64,000 nucleotides of DNA from Dicyema japonicum (Eukaryota; Animalia; Dicyemida), in assembly GCA_011109175.1 (NCBI GenBank), contig RDEW01000104.1, forward strand, positions 21,036 to 85,035. Reading direction: 5' to 3'. The notes beneath the pieces were generated by a model. That model did not search any database. It saw nothing but the letters and a program-made list of their open reading frames with translations, and was not told the origin of the DNA. Positions 49,661 to 61,775 of this stretch are shown piece after piece. Positions within the stretch are counted from its first letter, which is position 1, and every line of letters begins with the position of its first letter. The translations under genes and the position numbers were made by a program.

Positions 49661-52600
49661 TTATACGTTGTCAGGATTCACATAGGAAATATCATCCCAG
49701 GGATGTCGGTATAGGTCCTGTCGTAAGATCTTCTGATCGATATGATGCCCTACAGCGCTAGACAGCTAAAAGTACCTATAAGTCCTATGGATCTTCCAAG
49801 CACAAAAATTGCGTTGAGGACGCCAGCATTGATGTAATTGTACACTTCTTCACTAAAATCGCAATAAGCAAATGAATACTTAGTAAAGTAGTTTGTGAGC
49901 AACTCCACGAAACAGGCTCCAATCGCTCCATCAATATTCAGAATCAAATTAGGTCTCTAAATGTGTTTTAGTTAGGCTTAAATAATTGATAAATTGAAAA
50001 ATCGACTAAATTGTTTCAATGAGTTTAAATAAATAGGCTAATCGATATTTTCACTGAGTTAACATGGGCATTAACTTACCTTTGTAGTGGTGATTGCTTC
50101 CACGTGTAGGGCAAAGTCCAATATGGGGGTCGACACAAAACTGTCCTTTACATAGTTTGTAAGTATCTTCACCCTTTTGTCTGGATTTCCCACCTAATGG
50201 TCAAATCCATTTACAACTGATTTGACACGGTGTCCTATTCCCATAATATATTGATTATTCTTTCGCTTTGTTTGCACAAACTCATCAGGGGAGATCCCGG
50301 AGTTCACGGCATCGAAGAAACCCCTTCCTGCAGCATCTACTGCTCCCCCAAATCTGTCGCCCTAACAAAATGAGAAAGTCATTAACAATTGTCAGTAATC
50401 CTGAACATAATGAAGAAACTAGGTCCTTTCCAGCTCGGGAGGACACGATCGTGTTCATTGCAGCAGAGACTGCTGGACCGTGGTCGGCTACAAGCATAAG
50501 GGACATTTCTATGAATTCCGTGACTTTAGATGGTAGGCTAAAACGATAACAATAAGATTAACGGTTTCTTGAACCACAACAATGAAAGTACCCCGCCAAT
50601 ACCCATTTTCTGAGAAAGAATGTTGCTCACTGGAATCCCAGCGTAAAGGAGCTCGCATCCTCTTTCATCACAAATAGTCGAAGTCACTGTGGCTGGTTTT
50701 CGAATCAGTCCCAGTTCCTGATTAAAATTAAAACCATAATCAAACACGTGCCCATTGATAATCCATAGGAACTGGAGGTGGAGCAATATCCTTAACAGGA
50801 ACAATACTCCCATTTTTGATATTCTCAGCATAAACATCCCTGAAATAAAATTTACACACGTGACCTAATCACCACAACGAGACTGTCGAAGCTGTCAGGC
50901 ACAAATGCCCCTGCCTCAGCCAACGCCCTGTTTTTTGCAACAGCCATCTCTTCATCAGAGTGAACCGAGGACCCCGCGTGCCCAAATTGTACCTAAAATG
51001 AGGAAGAAGACAAACATCCGTCTTAAAATAAGTTGAGCACGTGCCAATACACCAGGCAATAACAGGTTTGGTAATTCTTCCGCTTTTCAGTGCGTCACAA
51101 ATCAAGTATTCTTCTCGTCCCCCAACTTCGCCTAAGACAACAATCATCTTGGTGCTGGAATCCCTTTCAAATCTGTAGATGTGATCCATGAAAGTAGTAC
51201 AGGGATATCTACACAATCATATGAGATCCTACCTGTCTCCTCCAATGGCAATTCCCTCATTGACCCCATCAGTGCATCGGGAGATGATGTTATTAAGCTC
51301 ATTGGACATTCCGCCTGATTTGGACACATAAGAAACACTTAACGTAAAATTTCATGGAAAACCTGCCAGTTCGGTACAATTTGGAGGATAAAATGTTATC
51401 CATCATTCCAGCGGTGTTTCCAATTTTGAAACAACCAGCTTTGACTCCTCCAACAGTGGCGGGACCGATTATATTTACTCGACCAAGTCGATTAGCTTCA
51501 GCAATAAGCTTGCGAGTCATATTCTCTGGAATTCCCTCAGCGATAATGGCGATTGTTCGAATCTAAGGGAATTAACCACAAATCCTGCCCTTGGGCACTC
51601 CATAGCCTCCATTGTGACCGAATAAGCAGAACGGAAGGAGGCAAAGTTGATGAACACATCCACATCAACGTGCTTTTCAAAAGCATCAGTCAGTTTGCTA
51701 TAAACAGGAATAAATATTTCCTTCTGTCCCCAATAAAAACGGTGACGGTAATCCTCCCTGAGACCGTTAAATGGAACATCAACACAAAAGGGTTAACCAA
51801 GGCGGCAACAGAAGGTAGTTCCCTCGAGCACGAGTAGTCAAAATCAAGCATGCTCTGCACAGCAGTCTGTTGCATCCCCCAGACAACAGCACGTGTTTTA
51901 GATGTGAACAACTGGTTAGCGTTACCGTTGGAAGACGAAACATCAATGACTTCTTTATCTGATGCGGAGCTTGGCTTCTTCTTCCACTAGGAATATGAGG
52001 ATATCATACACTCTCAAATCCAAAATTAAGCAGAAAGTTTGCCGTGGTAGTCGATTTCTCGAACTTGTAATCTCCCATAACGTCACGTGCTCCAAATGCC
52101 ATTCCAACTATGGCGGTCATGTGAGTTTCTGGTCCAAACACATAAAAGGGGACATCGATCCGTTCTCCCAACTCAACCATGTGTCTCAATCCCTCCTGAT
52201 AGTTAGGCCCGCCTCTTCTAACAAATACAGACACGTTGTGAGCCTTCAAATCAACCACACTCATCTCCAATGATCTAATGATTCCCTTTATAGTAACAAT
52301 CCCCTTGAACCTTGAAAGTATCAGCCACGTTGGTAAAGTTTGCGATTCCACCCCCAATTATGAGCACCTTCCCTTTGTCCGAGTGAGGGGCTTTGAACAT
52401 CAGCTTAGTGATTGTGCAGGTATATTCGTATGTTTGCTGTTCTGAGGGAGCCCCAGAATATTCGCCATAGTTTGCCAGATCCTCGATTCCCCCATACTCA
52501 CAAATCGTGTCTCTAAAAGCCAATGTATTATACAGGATACGTGAACACGACTGAGGCCCCACCCCCAGCCACTAAGGTCCATATGCGACCACGTGGGTTT

Positions 52601-53580
52601 ATCAGAGTGAGCTTCAGGGATGCTCCAGAAGAAGCGTTCATTTTTGCGATTGCTTCTTCCTATTAGTCATTTTTAAAGGCGAACCTCTGGATAGAGATCT
52701 CTTCCGAACGGAGGAGGAAAGGTTACGTTCCCCCATAAATCCTTCATCAAGTACTGAGCACACTCATCCAGCTTAGCAGCAGCGTCAAGAACATATACTT
52801 TGTCCCCTTCCTTTATTACTAAGATTCATAAACGAGGAGAAACACCGAGCGGATTTATTTCAAGGTAAGTGAAGTACAATCGCTTATATACTTCGTATAA
52901 GTTTACTATAAAGGAGATGAGAGTCCTAAACAGTAAAAGCGGGAAAAACCGCTTAGTAGTTGGACACGTGACAAATTTTAGCAAAGTGTCGTTGATGTCT
53001 TCTTGGGACAGCTTCTGGGTGACAGGAATGTCGAGTTTGAAAGCCTTGGATAATTTATGCTTAAACCTTGGAATCGACGTCTCCCACGTCAACCCCTCCC
53101 TCGTGGTAAAACAGGATTGTATCACACTCCCTCGACGAATAAATACAAAGGTAATGTTCCTCATCCTTTAAATTTATTAAATTTAAAGAAAAACGTTTTT
53201 GTGGGGCAAAAATGGCTCAATTATGAAATTTCTTAGGCGCCCGGTTGCATTGCCAATCTAAAATAAAATAGACAAGAACCTTAACATCACTGACCACGTG
53301 GTCACTTATCCAAGATAAAACTTTATCAAAATTCAAATCTATGCCAATGAGGCCAAGCTTGCCACGCCTTTTAATTCCTTGGTCAACTTTGACAACAAGA
53401 CTCTAAAATTTGCATAATTTAATTAACCGAATTCAATAGCCATTGATTTTCTTTGCAGTCATTATGCAGCTTATCTTGCGACACAAATGAGTAGAAACAA
53501 CTTCTTTGAAAATTTAGGTCATTCAAATGCTGGTTAAGCAGACTTTTAGTTGTAGCCTCACTTATAGGTTTCGCCGACAT
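49661..53580 (-). CDS. ACLY: ATP-citrate lyase, single-chain (fused) form, at least 15 introns
   Basis: [126 protein letters not shown]. Confidence 0.95.
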
Positions 53581-53975
53581 TTCGTAATTCAAATAATATG
53601 AACGCTTATTTATATAAAAATTGGGTTTGTTAGATAAATTAACTCACTTATGATAAAATAAAAATAATTTATATAAAAATAATTAAATATACCTTTCTTT
53701 AAAAAGAGGAGAGAATTCGGAAAAATGGTTGAGTTACGCTCAGAGCGATGTGGAAAAGCGCTGGTGGAATGGGGGTCCTTTAATCGGCTGGCTTCCTTTT
53801 CTGGGGTTCAATGAATTAGTTTTATATGAGAGGAATGTGAATGATTAAGTCGTACTGGATCATGAGACATTGCATGATTAAGTAGAGTGATTAGATTACT
53901 GATAACTTCAATATTGATAAAATTAAAAATCGAATATAAAGTCATAAACTATTGCCTGTTAAAGTATTAAGGTAC

Positions 53976-54312
53976 TAGCTAAGAGTTTTTGAAAGGCCGC
54001 GTGGTGCCAGCTTTATCGTGTTGCCATGTTCTTTCTTCTGTGCCACCTCTCCACTTTTCTACTAGAGTGGCGTCATGTGATCCATGTGTTAGGGTGGGAC
54101 GAATAAAGATCATTTGTTCTCACCCACTCGACTGGAGGGGTTTCCACAACTGCAAGGAATGGACGTCTTCTACATTTTATGCTGGTTCTGGATGGACTTG
54201 TGTGACCTTGAAGGGCTTGTTTCTGTGACAGTGGAAACTGAATACGCTTAATTACTTGTTAACTGAAACCTTTTTCTCGGTGTATCCGGGGTTAATAATA
54301 GCTAAGAGTTTT
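53976..54312 (+). mobile_element. 5'-truncated LINE insertion with 14-bp target-site duplication
   Basis: TAGCTAAGAGTTTT at 53976-53989 and 54299-54312; body homologous to 27305-27540; ends CCGGGGTTAATAA. Confidence 0.8.
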
Positions 54313-54559
54313 AATATTATTTGTCCATTAGACTCCATTCATCTCATGCAACATCAATGAAAAATCTCCTTTTCTCTCACTCAGAATTTACTAACCCTCC
54401 TGACTTTAGCCTTTGAATTATTTCTGACTCACTATTTTATGGAGTTTTTCTACTTCAACAGACTTTATATTGTCCAGAGAAGTAACCACCATATCAATCA
54501 TCCAGATTCCTACATTTTTTTATTAAACTTCATTAAAAAACACGAAAGTCAATCAAAAA

Positions 54560-55380
54560 TGATCATCGTCGACATAATAGACGTTGCCTTTCACGATTGT
54601 AACAGAGATCAACTAGAGAAGGCAGACATTTTTGAGAATTTCGGAGGTGTCAATATGGGCTCCCGTTTCTTTACAAGTTCCTCGAAAGGAGATGATCTTA
54701 GCGGTGACGAGGAGAGCTATAGTTAATGTTGCTTGAAAGACATTGATCTCCTTCAGATTAATATTGGACAGGTTTGTTCCCGATGCAGAACAGACATAAC
54801 TGATTGTCGGTTGTATGTATTATAGAGTTGGGTTGAAGCAGCCTTTGTAGTGTCCAAGGAGTGTTTTTACAAAATTTAATTTCTTTGGGACGAGGATATG
54901 ACGTTGTAATTGACCATTTGAAGGTCAATGTCAAGATGAAAGTTCAATCATACACCTAGTTTTTTTAATTATCCCCGGATATACTTGAAAAAGGTTTTTA
55001 TCTGGTTCCCTCGGTCAGAATGAGAGCTAATATGTCTAAGCATTAGCCTCCACTGACCTAGGGAACAGAATGTCGTTCAGGCATTGGACGTCTCCTGAAA
55101 TGGACTATAGATCGTCAGCTTGTAGATCCTTGGTGACCAGTCTCACACAGGTCCTTGTGACCTTTCTGATCATTGAGTCGATTTGATCCCTGTCGACATA
55201 ATAGACGTTCCGTTGCCTTTCACGATTGTAACAGAGATCAATTAGAAAAGCCAATGAGTCTCACGTGCGTCGTGGTTTTTTAGTGTTCCAGCTTCTTGAA
55301 GAAAACGAAACGATTTCCCGCTTATTCCTCCAGGTGTCTCAACTACGATGGGGTGGAACGTGAACCGATCAATCAACACT
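54560..55380 (-). mobile_element. Nested retroelement debris: two CRE-like subfamily C 3' ends around I-like LINE fragments
   Basis: DRFTFHPIVVETPGG..WLF*LISVTIVKGN at 55190-55375; ~55-bp repeat of its end at 54568-54620; LINE thumb CAAWGTNLS between them (clearer in mirror 60498-60725). Confidence 0.6.
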
Positions 55381-55479
55381 GTATTTTTCTTCTTGACTTT
55401 CATTGATTTTTCCGCGCATACAGTGTGTCTACCGCGTTTGTTGAATGAGAAAATATTCGATTTATTTTATTGAACTTTA

Positions 55480-56780
55480 ACATCGTTTAAAAATCATAAG
55501 CAAGACAATAAATAAACAAACAAGGTCAATTATATAAACTGACATAAACAAGGCCAATAATATTGCCCACGTGTGCAACGTTATGTCAGTGGTTGAAGAT
55601 TTGTTTTGTTTTGTTCCTCCACTTTCCTTGTTCTCATAGAGCGGTGACGCCCAGTAGCAGGGTGGTATGAAAAAGGACAATTTACTCTCTCCCGCTCCAC
55701 TTGAGAGGTTCTAACAACTACAAGAACTGGGAATTTTCTTCCTTTTTCGTTAGTTCTGTTGAAGTTGAAGCTTGCATTGGGTCCAGCCAGTGTTGTCAAA
55801 AAATGTTCAATAATTTCTCAATAGAAGACCAAAGTCACACGCCAATGATCTTCAATAGGTCCGAATCCGTAAAACACGGGACTGTCGGCAGTGAAAAATG
55901 AGTCCTATATGATGAAAAGCGAGGTATGTGTGTCACAAAAGGTTACTTGTATTCTAGTGGTTAAACGTGAAATTCTGAAAAAAAAGATTGGAAAAATTTT
56001 AACAATTTTATTCGCATAAATGAAATTCGGCAGTTGATTGAATTCAATCTCATAATTATTGTAATCACTGAAAATATGTTTTATTTCAATTTTTAAGGGT
56101 ATACCAGAGAAAGTGAATGCGAACCACAAGAGAATATCTCTGGACGATAAAGCAAGTCGAATTTCGTCTTTTAATTGAATTAGATTTAATTCGACGATTC
56201 AGTGAGGCAAAATGGCTAATAATCAGACTTCCATCATCAATTTATTTGAGATTTCTGTAACCGCCAATACCAACAGTCAACGACCTTTCAAGTTTTCAAT
56301 CATAAAACTGCAATTTCCATCCAAAACTTTAATCCTTTTCTTTATACTCCCCAATGGATAACATTCTACATAAAGCGGAGGAGAGAAAACAATATTGTAC
56401 CTTTCAGGTGGAAATAGCAATTATCAAGTTCCCTGAATAGTTTTCAGTCCTATTCACGTGACAGACTCTCGTTTAGTTGATCCTCAACGTATACTAAACT
56501 ATGACTTTACTCATGGATTTCTTTAAAGACAGTCTATACAAGGGAGCACACTGCTCCCTTCCCCAATTTTGTTCCAATCTTTGGAAAACAAACATGGGCA
56601 TAAGTGACTTCATAAATTAGCTTATTACTTTTCGAAACGGATTTCCCCCGTTTAGTCTCCTGGATTTACGAAGAAATTCAGCAACTCAAATTTCCACTCA
56701 ATAAACTTATAACTTAGCGGTTGATTAAGGAAAACACACTCGTTCTCATACCTAATTACTCCTCCTATTCTTCAACCTCC
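55480..56780 (-). pseudogene. Probable orphan multi-exon gene or pseudogene with C-terminal hydrophobic segment
   Basis: Exon-like stretches (DEIRLALSSRDILLWFAF.., DSFFTADSPVFYGFGPIEDHW|QIIEHF.., ..TLHTWAILLALFMSVYIIDLVCLFIVLLMIFKRC*) separated by GT-AG tiny-intron candidates; frame not fully resolvable. Confidence 0.35.
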
Positions 56781-56791
56781 ATCGCTTAGGC

Positions 56792-58551
56792 CAGAGGTTT
56801 TCGACCTGGGTTCCGCGGAACCCTTATGCGCGAAATAATCTAGGGGTTCCGCGAAGTTCCAAAATTTTTTTTAATTTTTTTTGCCTTGGGGATCGCTACC
56901 GATTTACTCCTGTTGCGACCGAATCATCGGGAGCCGTTAATCCAATGAGTTCTTGCGAGAGCTCGGAGGAATGCTTGCCAGAAAGAAAAGGGATCAACGA
57001 GAAGGGTTATGGCTAAGACAAAAGATTGGAATGGCCATACTCCGAGGGAACTCGTTTGCAATCCACGCAGCAGGCTTCCTAAACTGACATTTGTTTAATT
57101 GTTAAAAAATTATTTTGTTAAAAAAATTATTTTGTTAAAAAAAATTATTCTTTTAAAATTCTTTTGAAAAAAGAATAATTTTTCAAAACGAATTAAATTA
57201 ATTTGCGCGTGTCTAAATGGAGATTTGTGACAGTGCATATCTTAAAGTTCGATCGTATCGAGAAAGTTATATTGCCTTTGGTTTCACATGGACTGGGGGC
57301 ATGGATTGCCCTCTACCACTTTGTGTTGTTTGCGGTGAAAAACTTGCGAATAGTGCTAAGGCTCCAACGAAACTTAGAGGTCATTTCTCCACCAAGCACT
57401 CTGAACTTTCAAGAAAAAAAATATTTTATGCGGAAATTGGACCAGAATAAAGTTCAAGCATCCCGTTTTACAAAAAATCAAAATAAACGAAAAAACACTG
57501 CATGCTAGTTATGCTGTTGCTGAGCTTACCACTAAAAAAATGTTCATATATTACAGGAAGAATGCAACTCCTTGTTTTCGTTCGATATATGAAGGATGAA
57601 TCCATTATTGAAGATTTATTTTGCTGCAAAGAGTTTCTCGGAACAACAAAGGACATTTTCAATCTTATAAATTCATATTTTGAGGATATAAAGTTGGATT
57701 CGAATGCATGTGTGGGTATCTGCACTGATGGTGCTCCAGCAAGGCTTCGTTTCTAAAGAATCCGAACATTATTCACACGCATTGTTATATTCATCGCGAG
57801 CATTGGTCTCAAAAACTATTGGGCATGAACTTAAATGTGCTTTTGACATGATTGTAAAAATAATTATTTACATCAAATGAGGCCGTTCAAATTGCGACAG
57901 TTTGGAAACTTTGTGAAAATGCATTCATTTTGATTTTGAATACTGAAGTAGAAGGCTCTCAAGGGAATCATGTCAATTCGTTTCTATGAACTAAGACATA
58001 TGGATAACTCTCAAAGGAATCATGTCAATTCGTTTCTATGAACTAAGAAAAAATTCAATGCTCCAGTCCATGTGAAACCAAAGGCAATGTAACTTTCTCG
58101 ATACGATCGAACTTTAAGATATGCACTGTCACAAATCTCCATTTAGACACGCGCAAATTAATTTAATTCGTTTTGAAAAATTATTCTTTTTTCAAAAGAA
58201 TTTTAAAAGAATAATTTTTTTTAACAAAATAATTTTTTTAACAATTAAACAAATGTCAGTTTAGGAAGCCTGCTGCGTGGATTGCAAACGAGTTCCCTCG
58301 GAGTATGGCCATTCCAATCTTTTGTCTTAGCCATAACCCTTCTCGTTGATCCCTTTTCTTTCTGGCAAGCATTCCTCCGAGCTCTCGCAAGAACTCATTG
58401 GATTAACGGCTTCCGATGATTCGGTCGCAACAGGAGTAAATCGGTAGCGATCCCCAAGGCAAAAAGAATTAAAAAAATTTTTGGAACTTCGCGGAACCCC
58501 TAGATTATTTCGCGCATAAGGGTTCCGCGGAACCCAGGTCGAAAACCTCTG
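56792..58551. mobile_element. hAT Buster/Charlie-type element remnant bounded by two copies of the same (left) end
   Basis: Terminus CAGAGGTTTTCGACCT with subterminal palindrome GGGTTCCGCGGAACCC; flank GCTTAGGC fits the nnnTAnnn Buster target; transposase fragments YIAFGFTWTG..PLCVVCGEKLAN, QLLVFVRY, CVGICTDGAPA, TEV..RFYEL on the + strand. Confidence 0.85.
56888..57150 (+). mobile_element. 5'-truncated CRE-like subfamily B inserted in the hAT subterminal region
   Basis: GDRYRFTPVATESSG..EFLRELGGMLARKKRDQREGLWLRQKIGMAILRGNSFAIHAAGFLN*; tail with repeated TTATTTTGTTAAAAAAAA units. Confidence 0.85.
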
Positions 58552-58559
58552 GCCTAAGC

Positions 58560-59870
58560 AATGGAGGTTGAAGAATAGGAGGAGTAATTAGGTATGAGAA
58601 CGAGTGTGTTTTCCTTAATCAACCGCTAAGTTATAAGTTTATTGAGTGGAAATTTGAGTTGCTGAATTTCTTCGTAAATCCAGGAGACTAAACGGGGGAA
58701 ATCCGTTTCGAAAAGTAATAAGCTAGTTTATGAAGTCACTTATGCCCATGTTTGTTTTCCAAAGATTGGAACAAAATTGGGGAAGGGAGCAGTGTGCTCC
58801 CTTTTCTAGACTGTCTTTAAAGAAATCCATGAGTAAAGTCATAGTTTAGTATACGTTGAGGATCAACTAAACGAGAGTCTGTCACGTGAATAGGACTGAA
58901 AACTATTCAGGGAACTTGATAATTGCTATTTCCACCTGAAAGGTACAATATTGTTTTCTCTCCTCCGCTTTATGTAGAATGTTATCCATTGGGGAGTATA
59001 AAGAAAAGGATTAAAGTTTTGGATGGAAATTGCAGTTTTATGATTGAAAACTTGAAAGGTCGTTGACTGTTGGTATTGGCGGTTACAGAAATCTCAAATA
59101 AATTGATGATGGAAGTCTGATTATTAGCCATTTTGCCTCACTGAATCGTCGAATTAAATCTAATTCAATTAAAAGACGAAATTCGACTTGCTTTATCGTC
59201 CAGAGATATTCTCTTGTGGTTCGCATTCACTTTCTCTGGTATACCCTTAAAAATTGAAATAAAACATATTTTCAGTGATTACAATAATTATGAGATTGAA
59301 TTCAATCAACTGCCGAATTTCATTTATGCGAAAAAAATTGTTAAAATTTTTCTAATCTTTTTTTTCAGAATTTCACGTTTAACCACTAGAATACAAGTAA
59401 CCTTTTGTGACACACATACCTCGCTTTTCATCATATAGGACTCATTTTTCACTGCCGATAGTCCCGTGTTTTACGGATTCGGACCTATTGAAGATCACTG
59501 GCGTGTGACTTTGGTCTTCTATTGAGAAATTATTGAACATTTTTTGACAACACTGGCTGGACCCAATGCAAGCTTCAACTTCAACAGAACTAACGAAAAA
59601 GGAAGGAAAATGTCCAGTTCTTGTAGTTGTTAGAACCTCTCAAGTGGAGTGGGAGAGAGTAAATTGTCATTATTCATACCACCATGGTACTGGGCATCAT
59701 CCACTCTATGAGAACAAGGAAAGTGGAGGAACAAAACAAAACAAATCTTCAACCCACTGGCATAACGTTGCACACGTGGGCAATATTATCGGCCTTGTTT
59801 ATGTCAGTTTATATAATTGACCTTGTTTGTTTATTTATTGTCTTGCTTATGATTTTTAAACGATTTTAAA
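58560..59870 (+). pseudogene. Duplicate of the probable orphan membrane-protein gene
   Basis: Mirror of 55480-56780. Confidence 0.35.
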
Positions 59871-61775
59871 GTTCAATTAAATAAATCGAATATTTTCTCA
59901 TTTAACAAACGCGGTAGACATACTGTATGCGCGGAAAAATCAATGAAAGTCAAGAAGAAAAATACAGTGTGATTGATCGGTTCACGTTCCACCCCATCGT
60001 AGTTGAGACACCTGGAGGAATAAGCGGGAAATCGTTTCGTTTTCTTCAAGAAGCTGGAACACTAAAAAACCACGACGAACGTGAGACTCATTGGCTTTTC
60101 TAATTGATCTCTGTTACAATCGTGAAAGGCAACGGAAACGTCTATTATGTCGACAGATAGATCAAATCGACTCAATGATCAGAACGGTCACAAGGACCTG
60201 TGTGAGACTGGTCACCAAGGATCTACAAGCTGACGATCTATAGTCCATTTCAGGAGACGTCCAATGCCTGAACGACATTCTGTTCCCTAGGTCAGTGGAG
60301 GCTAATGCTTAGACAAGATAGCTCTCATTCTGACCGAGGGAACTAGATAAAAACCTTTTTCAGGTATATCCGGGATAATTAAAAAAAACTCGGTGTATGA
60401 TTTGGCATCGAACATTCATCTTGACATTGACTTTCAAATGGTCAATTACAACGTCATATCCTCGTCCCAAAGAAATTAAATTTTGTAAAAACACTCCTTG
60501 GACACTACAAAGGCTGCTTTAACCCAACTCTATAATACATACAACCGACAATCAGTTATGGCTTGTGCTGCATGGGGAACAAACTTGTCCAATATTAATC
60601 TGAAGGAGATCAATGTCTTTCAAGCAACATTAACTATAGCTCTCCTTGTCACCGCTAAGATCATCTCCTTTCGAGGAACTTGTAAAGAAACGGGAGTCCA
60701 AAATGACACTTCCAAAATTCTCTAAAGTGTCTGCCTTCTCTAGTTGATCTCTGTTACAATCATGAGAGGCAACGTCTATTATGTCAACGGAGATCATTTT
60801 GGATTGACTTTCGTGTTTTTTAATGAAGTTTAATAAAAAATGTAGGAATCTGAATGATTGATATGGTGGTTACTTCTCTGGACAATATAAAGTCTGTTGA
60901 AGTAGAAAAACTCCATAAGATAGTGAGTCAGAAATAATTCACAAGGCTAAAGTCATATGGGTTAGTAAATTCTGAGTGAGAGAAAAAGAGAGTTTTCTTT
61001 GATGTTGCATGAGATGAATGGAGTATAATGGACAAATAATATTAAAACTTTTAGCTATTATTAACCCGGATACACCGAGAAAAAGGTTTCAGTTAACAAG
61101 TAATTAAGCATATTCAGTTTCCACTGTCACAGAAACAGAGCCCTTCAAGGTCACACAAGTTCATCCAGAACCAGCATAAAATGTAGAAGACGTCCATTCC
61201 TTGCAGTTGTGGAAACCCTTCCAGTCGAGTGGGTGAGGACAAATGATCTTTATTCGTCCCACCCTAACACATGGATCACATGACGCCACTCTAGTAGAAA
61301 AGTGGAGAGGTGGCACAGAAGAAAGAACATGGCAACACGATGAAGCTGACACTACGCGGCCTTTCAAAAACTCTTAGCTAGAACCTTAATACTTTAACAG
61401 ACAATAGTTTATGACTTTATATTCGATTTTTAATTTTATCAATATTGATGTTATCAGTAATCTAATCACTCCACTTAATCATGCAATGTCTCATGATCCA
61501 GTACGACTTAATCATTCACATTCCTCTCATATAAAACTAATTCATTAAACCCCAGAAAAGGAAGCCAGCCGATTAAGTGACCCCCATTCCACCAGCGCTT
61601 TTCCACATCGCTCTGAGCGTAACTCAACCATTTTTCCGAATTCTCTCCTCTTTTTAAAGAAAGGTATATTTAATTATTTTTATATAAATTATTTTTATTT
61701 TATCATAAGTGAGTTAATTTATCTAACAAACCCAATTTTTATATAAATAAGCGTTCAGATTATTTGAATTACGAA

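Larger units (their letters stand above)
52999..57300 (+). repeat. Left arm of ~4.3 kb inverted duplication
   Basis: Reverse complement of 58058-62357 with scattered substitutions and small indels; compared by eye at many points. Confidence 0.95.

Noticed and set aside
3020-53580. Possible non-standard genetic code, since in-frame stops interrupt conserved genes in the ORF track
   Set aside because: In the genes parsed, the stops fall inside tiny introns and the spliced frames read through with the standard code
58783-58809. Perfect 9-bp hairpin AAGGGAGCA-GTG-TGCTCCCTT followed by CTAG, like a Helitron 3' end
   Set aside because: Spacing to CTAG is too short, the next base is not T, the mirror copy reads ATAG, and no Helitron 5' end or Rep/helicase is seen
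59503-59526. In-frame TGA in both copies of the orphan gene, a possible selenocysteine given nearby SBP2
   Set aside because: A 24-nt GT-AG intron (GTGTGACTTTGGTCTTCTATTGAG) removes it in frame; no SECIS-like structure seen
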